Sequence record: NC_048048.2
Length of the DNA stretch: 64,000 nucleotides
Strand: one strand, 5' to 3'
In this document: positions 54,501 to 63,099 of the stretch, piece after piece
Position numbering within the stretch: position 1 is the stretch's first letter
How the letters are laid out: each line of letters starts with the position of its first letter
Notes under the pieces: model-generated
Database searches by the model: none
What the model was told of the DNA's origin: nothing
The model's input: the letters and a program-made list of their open reading frames with translations, nothing else
Program-made: the position numbers and the translations under genes

Positions 54501-56415
54501 CAAGACGCTGGACAATCCTTACGTCTATGGGGACACGGTGTCCTACCAGGGCGGCTATTGGTTCTGCCGTCAGGCGGGAACCACCGAGGAACCGGGCGCG
54601 GGCGATGATTGGATCAGGCTCGCCGAAGGGCTCGCCAACCTCAAGGACGTCGATTTCACGACGCCACCCGAAAACGGTCAGACCCTGGTCTACGATTCTT
54701 CGTCGAGCAAGTTCAAGCCTGCCGACGCCGCGTCCGGCGGATCGGGCGGCAACACCTATTATGTCGGCCTGCCGCCGCGCACCCGCCTGCACCGCGCGGC
54801 GACCCAGACGATCCCGACGACCACCTGGACGGCCATCCAGTGGGATACCGAAGTCGAGGATGCTGTCAACGCATACACGAGCGCTGCCAATACGCGCATC
54901 ACCGTGCCGGCCGGGGTTTCCAAGGCGCGGGTCACTGGCTACCTGACCTGGGCCGACAACGTCGCGGGCGCCACGATCGGCATGGCTTTGCGCCGCAACG
55001 GCGTTGAGACCGGATCGTCAGGCGGGACCCCTCTTGCCGTCTCGCGCACGGGCATCGCCGAATCGCACCTCAACATGACCTCTGAGTGGTTCTCGGTCAC
55101 GCCCGGCGATTACTACGAGGTGTACGCGCTCCAGTCGACTGGCGGCAATGCCAACATCAATGGCCCGGTGACTCATTTCGGCGAGAACAGCTACGTCCAG
55201 TTCGAATGGGACGACGGCACGCCGCTGACCGCGATCGAGGCCGGCGACAACCACGGACCTCACCAGGGCTGGCGCATGCTCGTGCTGGAGAGCCAGACCG
55301 ACACCTTTGCGACCATCTCGGAACTGAAGTTCTACGATCGCTCCGGGGTGCAGATCGCCACCACCGGTGGTAGGCTCTACGACACCAACTCCCACGCCTC
55401 CTACCCGGTCCAGAACGCCTTCGATGGCAGCACCTCGACCTACTGGTCCTCGCTGCAACAGACGTCGACGGGCCAGATTGCTGGACCCGGATACATCTTC
55501 GCCTCGGCGGTCGATGTCGGCTCGATCAAGATCACCTCCACGGGCACGGATTTCAACGCCACCAACTCGCCCAAGAATTTCGTCGTCCAGTACAGCGACG
55601 ATCGTGGGGCGACCTGGACGACGTTCAAGACGTTCACGGGTCAGACTTCGTGGGGCGACAAGGAGGAGCGGACCTTCGTCCTGCCCGCCGTCGGCGAGGC
55701 CCGAGTGGCCGGCGCACGAACCCTCGACGAGCTTATCGACGTCACCCTGGGGACGCTCAAGAACGGCGATCGCCTGACCTACGACCTCGCCTCGGGAACC
55801 TGGAAGCAGAAGACCCCGCTGGGCTGGGGACCGCCGGTCGCCAGCGATTTTCCGACGGCGATCGGCACGGTTCCCCTGACCCTGGCCAACGACGCCGACG
55901 TGGGCCTGACCATCGACTGTGGCGCGGCGGCGTCCGGCGACGTCCAACGGGGCGTCTTCAAGAGCCTGCCGGCCTCGGGGGACTGGTCGGTGACCGCCAA
56001 GATCGTCGATCACCTTGCGCCGGTCTACTACAACGCCGTGGGCATCATGCTGCGGGAATCGACGACTGGCAAGCTTGTGCTCCTCGGTTGCGAGATCGCC
56101 GGATCGAGCTTTTCGGTTCCCATGCGGCAGGTGCGCTATTCGCGCCTTCCAGGGCTGACGGGTTTCACGGCCAACGACTATGGCCGTCCCTCGCCGTCCC
56201 TGCCTCAATGGTATCGCGTGTCGTTCACCTCTGGCACCTCGACGCTGAAGGCCGAAGTGTCGACCGACGGCAAGTTCTGGCGAACCATTGTCTCTCAACC
56301 CGTAACCACTGGTTTCACCACCAAACCCGACCAGATTGGACTGGGCTGTTCGCTGAACTACTCCGACACCCAGTCGGCGATGTTCTCGGTCCCGTACTGG
56401 TCTCAGTCCTTCTAA
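51553..56415 (+). CDS. 1620-aa tail fibre: ~37-aa tandem repeats, two discoidin/F5-8C-like domains and a C-terminal beta-sandwich
   Basis: Nine tandem LxDTPxSYxGxxGKxxxVKxDxTGLEF repeats at ~52050-53010; YWRLLL...EIQF...AFD...W..YQF..P and WRMLV...SELKFYD...AFDG..STYWS domains. Confidence 0.85.
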   Translation: MAEYTPILHLPQVAPNQDQKESTINTSLAILEAASNDTLEVSLTAGDVTLNTDEYTKYFHHQFYGHTTTRTVSLPATKRWFSVENMGTATITFQIYGSAGLSAELASGKIGLVVSDGTNLRFVVPDPTSGLGLLTDLSDVDGGQTDGQLLRWSNAFSAWKPWTLDFSFLNLNDTPNTYVANVGKLVAVKGDGTGLEFVSSAANVNSFVDLDDTPGSYSGAPNRTVKVNGSASALVFDWPKLTEASDFVSSYAGAANKFLRVKADTSGVELHAPVVADLTDGPGAPTGNALKYLRVKADGTGVEYATGTGGPDDFLELLDTPDSYAGKGLYFVRVKSDATGLDFLRASFTDLIDVPSSYSGQGGKYVKVNGGGTGLSFSAPTVQELSNGPGNPAGQNGKVVRVKTDGTALEYAVLPITSLSGFPSSFSGQGGKYLQVKGDETGLQFVTTSYTTNFLALTDTPSSYAGQAGKILAVDPTSSGLIFITPPSGGGGATKLDDLNDVEFPTGTPADGMVLTFRGGMWSPEVSAGGSDGTLEGLTDVDLTSPTDGQTLIYRAGSWVNEDTVGMGVPSFGEHTYWRLLLHTTDGSTVQYGIQEIQFKHTKTGPDMANGGTASASSDEFGTVSGAFDNVISGAWFSTSAADGEWIKYQFPAPVDVRYMTIQGSQSQPTTSPASFSVQFSDDNAGWTTAWEVTGQTGWAPGQTREFHAPVDFYFTDLADVPQSYIGQGLKALRVNTAGTALEFFTLPFVPTRIGDLADVEMGTGTPAEGAVLTWKDGVWQAEPNTGGGGGGGASSFLDLNDTPNAYAGEGGNAVRVKMTEDGLEFYTAGTGGGGGGGWRGGWAAGAEQVFIDFEDGALNPAFTYDASGFAVVTQPDSVPGTTYALKFRPIGNGATCYCELPIVDVLNVSNLKVRYKVSSEGPDYFRILQDGSQVHQDSGNNGLYEEFSFATTGDHTLRFSYSKDNSLAVGDDTVYISQITYYKTLDNPYVYGDTVSYQGGYWFCRQAGTTEEPGAGDDWIRLAEGLANLKDVDFTTPPENGQTLVYDSSSSKFKPADAASGGSGGNTYYVGLPPRTRLHRAATQTIPTTTWTAIQWDTEVEDAVNAYTSAANTRITVPAGVSKARVTGYLTWADNVAGATIGMALRRNGVETGSSGGTPLAVSRTGIAESHLNMTSEWFSVTPGDYYEVYALQSTGGNANINGPVTHFGENSYVQFEWDDGTPLTAIEAGDNHGPHQGWRMLVLESQTDTFATISELKFYDRSGVQIATTGGRLYDTNSHASYPVQNAFDGSTSTYWSSLQQTSTGQIAGPGYIFASAVDVGSIKITSTGTDFNATNSPKNFVVQYSDDRGATWTTFKTFTGQTSWGDKEERTFVLPAVGEARVAGARTLDELIDVTLGTLKNGDRLTYDLASGTWKQKTPLGWGPPVASDFPTAIGTVPLTLANDADVGLTIDCGAAASGDVQRGVFKSLPASGDWSVTAKIVDHLAPVYYNAVGIMLRESTTGKLVLLGCEIAGSSFSVPMRQVRYSRLPGLTGFTANDYGRPSPSLPQWYRVSFTSGTSTLKAEVSTDGKFWRTIVSQPVTTGFTTKPDQIGLGCSLNYSDTQSAMFSVPYWSQSF

Positions 56416-56429
56416 CCTGAGTAGAGTAA

Positions 56430-57080
56430 ATGCAGCGCCACTACTGGTCTGTCCCACGCCTTTGGCTGGGGCAGACGGCGGTGATCGTCGGCGGCGGCCC
56501 GTCCGTCAAGGACGTTGATCTTTCCCAGATCGGCGATCGCGCCCGCGTCATCACCCTCAACAACGCCTGGGAACTGCTTCCCGCCCCCGACATCATCTTC
56601 TTCGCCGATACCCGCTGGTGGCGCTGGCATGGCGCCGATATTCCCAAGGACTTCGGCGGTCGCATCGTTACGGTCTCCAAGGGTGACCTCCCAGGCGGCA
56701 ACGAGCGGGTCTTTCGCCTGCGCAAGGAGCATGAAGGCGGCCTTTGCACCGATCCCAAGGGCGTCTATGGCCGCGATAGCGGCTTGATGGCCATCAACCT
56801 CGCCCACAACCTGGGCGCCAGCCGTATCGTCCTGATCGGCATCGACATGCGCTTCACCAATGGTCAAGCCCATTGGCATCCCGATCATCCGATCGCCGCC
56901 GTCGAGAGCTACTATACCCAGGATTTTGCGCCCACCTACCCGCCGGTGATCGCGCAAATCCAGGAGACGGGCGTGGAGGTCCTGCGCGTGACGCCGTCGG
57001 CCCTTGACTTCATCCCACAGGTCTCATTGGAGGACGCCCTAAGCCGCCCGCCGCGCCATCGTAGCGACATCTATGTCTAG
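56430..57080 (+). CDS. Sialyltransferase/MptE-like Rossmann-fold enzyme (glycan modification)
   Basis: VIVGGGPS...VITLNN...DIIFFAD...SGLMAINLA..LGASRIVLIGIDM. Confidence 0.65.
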   Translation: MQRHYWSVPRLWLGQTAVIVGGGPSVKDVDLSQIGDRARVITLNNAWELLPAPDIIFFADTRWWRWHGADIPKDFGGRIVTVSKGDLPGGNERVFRLRKEHEGGLCTDPKGVYGRDSGLMAINLAHNLGASRIVLIGIDMRFTNGQAHWHPDHPIAAVESYYTQDFAPTYPPVIAQIQETGVEVLRVTPSALDFIPQVSLEDALSRPPRHRSDIYV

Positions 57081-57897
57081 GGCCTATGTCGACCTGAAGG
57101 ACAATCCGCACTATCGGATGTCCAGCTTCATCAATGGCTTGGCGCGGCTGGGCTACACGGTCAGACGCGGCTTGCCAGATCATCCGGTCGAACCCGGCGA
57201 CGTGGCGCTGATCTGGAACCGCCTGGGCCGCTCGGTTCAGGCCGAGGCCATGGTCAAGGCCGGCGGCGGCGCCCTGATCGTCGCTGAAAACGGCTATTAC
57301 GGCCAGGACGCCGACGGCAATCAAGCCTATGCCCTGGCGCTAGACGGCCACAACGGTTCGGGCCGCTGGTTCGTCGGCGACCAGAGTCGCCTGGACGCCC
57401 TGAAGATCGACTTCAAGCCCTGGCGCATCCAAAACACCGGCCGCCTCCTGGTCGCCGATCAGCGAGGGATCGGCTCCCCGGTCATGCGCTCGCCCGCCCT
57501 CTTTGCCGAAAAGATGACGGCCTTGGTCGAGGCCCAGGGCAAGAAGGCCTATGTCCGGCCCCATCCAGGGCGTAACAAGCCGCTTCGGAGCCTGATGCAG
57601 GACCTGGAGGACAAGGAGGGCCTGATCGTCTGGTCCTCCAACGCCGCAACCGAGGCGCTGATCGCCGGTGTGCCTGTGCATTACGCGGCGCCAGCGATCG
57701 TGACACGAGGCGCGGCCAAGCGCTTGACAACTCCTTTCTTGTGGAATAGCGATGCGGACGCCCGCCCTGACGCTTTCAAGCGGCTGGCCTGGGCGCAGTG
57801 GTTTCTTCATGAGATCGCCTCTGGCGAGGCCTTGAGGACCCTGCTTGACGTCCATCAGGGGAAACTCCCCGCCGTGCAGGAAGGGTTTGGCATTTGA
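57073..57897 (+). CDS. Capsule-biosynthesis-like GT-B glycosyltransferase, paralog A
   Basis: AENGYY, VRPHP, WSSNAATEALIAGVPV, LAWAQW. Confidence 0.6.
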   Translation: MSRAYVDLKDNPHYRMSSFINGLARLGYTVRRGLPDHPVEPGDVALIWNRLGRSVQAEAMVKAGGGALIVAENGYYGQDADGNQAYALALDGHNGSGRWFVGDQSRLDALKIDFKPWRIQNTGRLLVADQRGIGSPVMRSPALFAEKMTALVEAQGKKAYVRPHPGRNKPLRSLMQDLEDKEGLIVWSSNAATEALIAGVPVHYAAPAIVTRGAAKRLTTPFLWNSDADARPDAFKRLAWAQWFLHEIASGEALRTLLDVHQGKLPAVQEGFGI

Positions 57898-58754
57898 GCA
57901 ACTACGGGGTCTTCAAGCCGCCGTTCGTGGTGATCCAGCGCGGCAAGGAGAAATCCGAGATGCTCGCCAACGCCGTGGTCAAGGGCTATGGCCTGGGCGC
58001 GGGGCGTATCGGCTATGAGACGCCCGTCGCCGACATCCCCGACACCTTCATGCCCGTCTATGTCGGCGTTCACCCGACCACCGTTCAGTCCTTGCGCGAC
58101 TGCCATGCCGCCCGCCGCCCGTTCGTCACCGTCGACAACGGTTATTTCCGGGGCTACAAGCGCGGCGGCTATTTTCGCCTGACGACCAACGCCATGCAGT
58201 GGGCGCAGCGGCGTCACGAGACCAACGCCGAGGATATCGCCCGCTTCAAGGCCCTGGACATGCCGGTGCAGCCGCTCCGGCTGAGCCAGGGCGAGCACAT
58301 CCTGATCGCCTGCCAGTCGCCGGCTTGGTACCAGATGATGGGCCTGGGCAGCGTCGAGGCCTGGGTCAATCCCCTGGTCGACCGCCTGCGCCTGATCACC
58401 GACCGGCCCATTCGCGTGCGCCAGAAGCCGCTCAAGGGTGTCAAGGAACCACCGATCGAGGAAGACCTGAACAAGGCCTGGGCCGTGGTCGCTTTTTCCT
58501 CCAACACCCTGATCGAGGCGTCCTTGATGGGTATCCCGATCTTTCCCATGGCGTTCAGCGCTGCCACGCCGCTGGGCAGCGATGATCTTTCGACCATCGA
58601 GAGCGCGCCGTTCCGCAACCAGCGCACCATCAACCGTCCCGAGGTGTTTGCCCAACTGGCCGGCGCCCAATGGACGGTCCCTGAAATCGAATCGGGAAAG
58701 GCGTGGCTGGTCCTGAACCAGCGCTACGACCCCGACTTCAAGCCCCTGGCCTAA
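57894..58754 (+). CDS. Capsule-biosynthesis-like GT-B glycosyltransferase, paralog B
   Basis: VDNGYF, IRVRQKP, FSSNTLIEASLMGIPI, LAGAQW; same pattern as the previous gene. Confidence 0.6.
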   Translation: MSNYGVFKPPFVVIQRGKEKSEMLANAVVKGYGLGAGRIGYETPVADIPDTFMPVYVGVHPTTVQSLRDCHAARRPFVTVDNGYFRGYKRGGYFRLTTNAMQWAQRRHETNAEDIARFKALDMPVQPLRLSQGEHILIACQSPAWYQMMGLGSVEAWVNPLVDRLRLITDRPIRVRQKPLKGVKEPPIEEDLNKAWAVVAFSSNTLIEASLMGIPIFPMAFSAATPLGSDDLSTIESAPFRNQRTINRPEVFAQLAGAQWTVPEIESGKAWLVLNQRYDPDFKPLA

Positions 58755-58763
58755 GGAGCCCAC

Positions 58764-59579
58764 ATGCCCTTCCATGTCTTCGTGGGCTACGACAGCCGCG
58801 AACAAGCCGCCTACGACGTCTGCGTCAGCAGCCTCACCGAGCACAATGTCGGTGACGACCGCGACGTCGTCGTTCACAAGCTCGAACACCGCGACCTGCG
58901 CCGGCGCGGCCTCTTTGATCGTCCATGGCGGATCGATGAGACCGGGCAGTTCTGGGACATGCGCGACGGCCGTCCCTTCTCCACCGAATTCAGCCACAGC
59001 CGTTTCCTGGTGCCGACGATCGCCCGTGACCTGGGCATCGAGGCGCCGGTGTTGTTCGTCGACTGCGACTTCCTGTTCCTGGAGCCGGTCCAGAGCCTGT
59101 TCGATCAAGTCCTGGCGACCGAACCCTTCAAGGACGGAAGCTATCCGCTTTGGGTGGTCAAGCACGAGTTCAGCAAGGCCGACGAAGGCGTCAAGATGGA
59201 CGGCATGGTCCAGCAGGCCTACTTCCGCAAGCTCTGGTCGAGTTTGATGATCTACGATCTTCGGTTCCCCAATATTCGCGGCTGCTTCCCGTCCAGACAT
59301 GACGCCAACCACAAGTCGGGACGCGACCTGCACGGTTTTGGCAACTCCATTGTGCAGCCCCTCGACGAGGACCTGATCGGCGCCCTTGACATGGGCTGGA
59401 ACTGGATTCCGGGCCACTCCGCGCCCCTCGACAACCCCAAGGCCGTCCATTGGTCCCTAGGCGGCCCCTGGATGGAAGGCTATGAAGACACGCCCTACGC
59501 CAACACGTGGCGCGTTTACCACCGAGGCGCCCTTCTCCAGCAAGTGGGTCTCGTGCCCTCCATGACCAAGGCCGCCTGA
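58764..59579 (+). CDS. GT-A glycosyltransferase (GT8-like)
   Basis: VFVGYDSRE, STEFSHSRFLVP, LFVDCDFL (DxD), KLWSSLM, WNW...KAVHWSLGGPW. Confidence 0.8.
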   Translation: MPFHVFVGYDSREQAAYDVCVSSLTEHNVGDDRDVVVHKLEHRDLRRRGLFDRPWRIDETGQFWDMRDGRPFSTEFSHSRFLVPTIARDLGIEAPVLFVDCDFLFLEPVQSLFDQVLATEPFKDGSYPLWVVKHEFSKADEGVKMDGMVQQAYFRKLWSSLMIYDLRFPNIRGCFPSRHDANHKSGRDLHGFGNSIVQPLDEDLIGALDMGWNWIPGHSAPLDNPKAVHWSLGGPWMEGYEDTPYANTWRVYHRGALLQQVGLVPSMTKAA

Positions 59580-60106
59580 TGTCCGACACGATCTCCGAAG
59601 CCTACCGCTCGCTCAACGCGGCCCTGCACGGCGAGAACCCTTCCTACGGCGCCAATGGCTGGCAGTGGATCGGCCCGGTCCTGCATTTCGCCCAGACCCA
59701 CGACGCCCGCTCGATCCTCGACTATGGTTGTGGCAAGGACAGCTTCGCGCGCTGGGCGCCGCAGACCGCGCCGAGCATCCGCTACGAAAGCTATGACCCG
59801 GCGATTGCCGAGCACGCCGCGCCGCCGCCGATCTGCGACTTCGTCGCCTGCCTGGACGTGCTGGAGCACATCGAGCCCGATCACCTCGACGCGGTCCTGG
59901 CCGACATCCGCGATCACATGCGCCTGGGCGGCTTCTTCGTGATCTGCCTGCGCGCGGCCAAGAAGGAACTGCCCGACGGCCGCAACGCCCACCTGATCGT
60001 CGAAAGCGATGGGTGGTGGATCGAGCGCCTGAAGACTGTCTTCAGCGCCATCCACAAGATCAAGGGCCTGTCCAAGGACAGCCTCGTCGTCCACGTGGAG
60101 CGCTGA
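59579..60106 (+). CDS. Class I SAM-dependent methyltransferase
   Basis: ILDYGCGK, YDPAI, DVLEHIEP; ATG overlaps the upstream TGA. Confidence 0.85.
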   Translation: MSDTISEAYRSLNAALHGENPSYGANGWQWIGPVLHFAQTHDARSILDYGCGKDSFARWAPQTAPSIRYESYDPAIAEHAAPPPICDFVACLDVLEHIEPDHLDAVLADIRDHMRLGGFFVICLRAAKKELPDGRNAHLIVESDGWWIERLKTVFSAIHKIKGLSKDSLVVHVER

Positions 60107-60109
60107 TCG

Positions 60110-60967
60110 ATGGGCATTGGCGACAAGATGATGGCGATCGGCGACGCCTGGAAGCTCCATCAGGAAGACCCGCTCAAGCGCAAGGTCGCGATCGGCGATG
60201 GCCAGATCGTCGACCCAACCGACAACGACCTGCTCTGGGGCCTGGACTTCGTGGCGCGGGCGGGCCAGACCAACAAGGACACGCCCTGGGTGATCAGTCA
60301 TCCCGGCACGCGGCCCTATATCGACTATAGGGCCATGCGCCGCGAACTGATCCGCCAGGGGCGTCGGCCCTTCAAGCACAAGAAGCTGGCCGCCATGCTG
60401 GGCCGGTTCATCTGGAACATGGACTATCGCCCCACGCCGGCGCCCATCCGCCTGACCACGGACGAGGAGATGATCGTCGCCCGCTGGGCCAAGGAGCCTT
60501 TCGTGGCCATCGAGCCCTACATCAAGGCCGCAGCCCCCGTCGCCAAGCAGTGGCCGATCGACTACATGACCGAGACGGTCAAGCGCCTGCGCAAGGAGGG
60601 CGTCAAGGTCGTCCAGATCAGCGCGGGAGGTCAGCCGATCATCCCCGGCGCGGTGATGGCCGCCACGCGGACCTATCGCGAGGCCCTGGCTGTCCTGAAG
60701 GCCGCCAGCCTCTATGTCGGCCCCGAGGGTGGCCTGCATCACGGCTCGGCGGCTATGGGAACCAAGGCCGTGGTCATGTTCGGGGGCTATATCAGCCCCC
60801 TGACGACCGGCTACGACTTCCATGTCAACCTGACCGGTGGCGTGGAGGAGCCCTGTGGGCGCCGGGACGGGGTCTGTCCGCATTGCGTCGAGGCCATGGC
60901 CAGGATCACGCCAGACCTCGTCACCGACCATGCCTTGCGCCTGCTGCGCGAGACGGTGAAGGCCTGA
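60110..60967 (+). CDS. GT9 (heptosyltransferase-like) glycosyltransferase
   Basis: MGIGD N-terminus, KQWP, LYVGPEGGLHHGSAAMGTKAVVMFG, C-terminal C...C motif. Confidence 0.8.
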   Translation: MGIGDKMMAIGDAWKLHQEDPLKRKVAIGDGQIVDPTDNDLLWGLDFVARAGQTNKDTPWVISHPGTRPYIDYRAMRRELIRQGRRPFKHKKLAAMLGRFIWNMDYRPTPAPIRLTTDEEMIVARWAKEPFVAIEPYIKAAAPVAKQWPIDYMTETVKRLRKEGVKVVQISAGGQPIIPGAVMAATRTYREALAVLKAASLYVGPEGGLHHGSAAMGTKAVVMFGGYISPLTTGYDFHVNLTGGVEEPCGRRDGVCPHCVEAMARITPDLVTDHALRLLRETVKA

Positions 60968-61074
60968 AAATAGAGGCTTGACTAGCTGTCAAGCCTCTGA
61001 TACATGCTACGAATCTTGACACGAGACGTTAACCATGACACGAAAGGGTCCTCCTTCCCTTTCGTGAGCATCTC

Positions 61075-61710
61075 ATGCGCGTCTCCCCCACGGGTCTGGC
61101 CCTGATCCAGGCCTGGGAAGGCATCGAAGACGGCGATCCGTCGACGGTCCTTCTCGATCCCTACATCGACATGGTCGGCATCTACACCATTGGATGGGGC
61201 CATGTACTGCTCACGCCCGCCGGCCAGCAGATCAACATCAACGTGTTCGGCCGCGCCAAGGCCAAGACCCTGGCGACCCAGGCGATGATCCGCATGTTCG
61301 GCACGCCGGCGATCACGCGCGAGAAGGCCGAAGAACTGCTTCGCGCCGACATCATCTCGTTCGAGAACGCCGTGGCGGGCATGGTCGCCAAGGACACCAC
61401 CCAGAGCCAGTTCGACGCCATGGTCGCCTTCGCCTTCAACGTCGGCAAGACGGGCCTATCGAAGTCCTCCCTGCTGAAGCTGCACAACGCCGGCAAGCGC
61501 GCCGTGGGCGCCCTGGACGTGGCCAACCTGATCGCCACCTCCAAGGCCCAGAAGGCTCCGACCAACATTCCGCAGGGCTTCACCTCGTGGTCGTACGCGG
61601 CCAAGAAGTGGACGCGAGGCCTGTTCCGTCGTCGCTGCTCCGAAGCCCTGGTCTATGGCGGCATGCCCGGCGCCCAGGCCTTCAAGCAGGTCCAGGCCTA
61701 TGCCGCCTAA
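61075..61710 (+). CDS. Endolysin (GH24 lysozyme)
   Basis: IQAWEG...YID..GIYTIGWGH, QSQFDAMVAFAFNVG, GLFRRR..E. Confidence 0.92.
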   Translation: MRVSPTGLALIQAWEGIEDGDPSTVLLDPYIDMVGIYTIGWGHVLLTPAGQQININVFGRAKAKTLATQAMIRMFGTPAITREKAEELLRADIISFENAVAGMVAKDTTQSQFDAMVAFAFNVGKTGLSKSSLLKLHNAGKRAVGALDVANLIATSKAQKAPTNIPQGFTSWSYAAKKWTRGLFRRRCSEALVYGGMPGAQAFKQVQAYAA

Positions 61711-62011
61711 CCGCCGCCTGAGCGAGAATTCGGTCAGCCGCGTTCGCCGGGCGATCTTCGCCTTCTTCCTGACCCTGCTCTGCTGGGCCAGCATCATGAC
61801 GCTGGCGCGCTTTCCGGTCCCGGTCAACCAGGAGATCGTCAACAAGGCGATCGACACCCTGGGCTTCTTCGCCACGGCCATCGGCCTGGGCTACATCGGC
61901 GGCTCGGTCGTCGACTTCTCGGGCATGTTCAGCGCCATCGGCGGCAAGTTTGGCATCAGCATCCCGCAGGCCCAGCCTCAACCCCGCAACGACGAGATCG
62001 GAGGCGTCTGA
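61700..62011 (+). CDS. Holin candidate (two transmembrane segments, 103 aa)
   Basis: Hydrophobic AIFAFFLTLLCWASIM and LGFFATAIGLGYIGG; lies between endolysin and spanins. Confidence 0.6.
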   Translation: MPPNRRLSENSVSRVRRAIFAFFLTLLCWASIMTLARFPVPVNQEIVNKAIDTLGFFATAIGLGYIGGSVVDFSGMFSAIGGKFGISIPQAQPQPRNDEIGGV

Positions 62012-62541
62012 TGCTCGGTTTCCTCTTTGGGCACTTTGATCTTTTCGGGTTCATCTTCGGCCATCCGAAGGTGATCCTCGGCGTCATCGTCCTGGCGCTG
62101 GCCGCCGGCCTGATCGTCTTCAAGGGCGCGTTCCTGAAGTTCATCACCAACGCCCGCGTGCTGCTGGTGATCGCCGTCGCCGTCGGCATCCTGTCGGTGG
62201 CGAGCGTCAAGCGCGACATGGCCGCGCTCGAAGCCAAGAACGCCCACCTGACCGAACAGGTTCAGGCTGCCGCCGATGGCGCCAAGGCCGTTTCCCACAA
62301 ATCCGAAGCGCAGCGCGTGAACGCCCGAAACACCGCGCGCCTGCATGAGGTTATTTCCAATGCAAAGCCCGACCAAGCCCTCGACGACGTCCTCGACGAG
62401 ATCGCCCTTCAACAAGGCCAGAGCGTCCCTGGCGGCGCTGGCCATGATCCTGTCGCTCAGCCTGTCGGCGTGCGCAACGACGCCCCCGCCGCCTATCAAC
62501 CCGGAAGCATTGATCCCAACGACATTGACCGTCTGCGCTGA
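62011..62541 (+). CDS. Inner-membrane spanin (Rz-like)
   Basis: N-terminal hydrophobic segments followed by a coiled coil; overlaps a lipoprotein gene in another frame. Confidence 0.75.
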   Translation: MLGFLFGHFDLFGFIFGHPKVILGVIVLALAAGLIVFKGAFLKFITNARVLLVIAVAVGILSVASVKRDMAALEAKNAHLTEQVQAAADGAKAVSHKSEAQRVNARNTARLHEVISNAKPDQALDDVLDEIALQQGQSVPGGAGHDPVAQPVGVRNDAPAAYQPGSIDPNDIDRLR

Positions 62542-62746
62542 CGCGCCGAAGGTTCCCGATCGGATCAGTCCAGGCGAGCCGCGTTCCGACGCGGTCCAGG
62601 CCAACTATGTCGTCGGCCTCTACGACGCCTATAAGGACTGCAAAGCCACGGTCGAGGCGGTCAAGGTCCGCCGCCAATCCCTGGATCAGCGCGAATTCGA
62701 GGCCAAGCCCTGGTACCAGCGCCTGTTCAAGAAGGCTCCCCAATGA
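62360..62746 (+). CDS. Outer-membrane lipoprotein spanin (Rz1-like)
   Basis: GAGG RBS; lipobox LSLSLSAC; Pro-rich segment after the Cys; overlaps the Rz-like gene. Confidence 0.8.
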   Translation: MQSPTKPSTTSSTRSPFNKARASLAALAMILSLSLSACATTPPPPINPEALIPTTLTVCADAPKVPDRISPGEPRSDAVQANYVVGLYDAYKDCKATVEAVKVRRQSLDQREFEAKPWYQRLFKKAPQ

Positions 62747-63099
62747 TCCCGCATCTCCGCCAAGACCATGACGATCTCCTGGCGCGTATCGCCGCGCTGG
62801 AGGCCGAGGTCGAGAAGCTGAAGAACGCCCTGTTCCATCGCCATCCCGACCCCGTGGTTCCGCTTCCGGCGCGACCCATCCCCGCGCCGTCGCCCATGGT
62901 GCCCTACACGCCACAACCGTTCGACTATCCGACGGTCGTGCCGATGACTCCCATGGTGCCGCTCCAGCCGGGTTTCCCGAGCTTTCCGGGCGTGCCGACC
63001 TATCCGGCGTATCCAGCCCTGGACCCCACGTCGCCCTACGCGCCCTGGGTAACGCCCATCACCATCTGCGCGACCGACAACGCCTCGGATGCGGCATAG
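62743..63099 (+). CDS. 118-aa Pro-rich hypothetical protein
   Basis: ATGA coupling; N-terminal coiled coil; Pro-rich tail. Confidence 0.55.
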   Translation: MIPHLRQDHDDLLARIAALEAEVEKLKNALFHRHPDPVVPLPARPIPAPSPMVPYTPQPFDYPTVVPMTPMVPLQPGFPSFPGVPTYPAYPALDPTSPYAPWVTPITICATDNASDAA

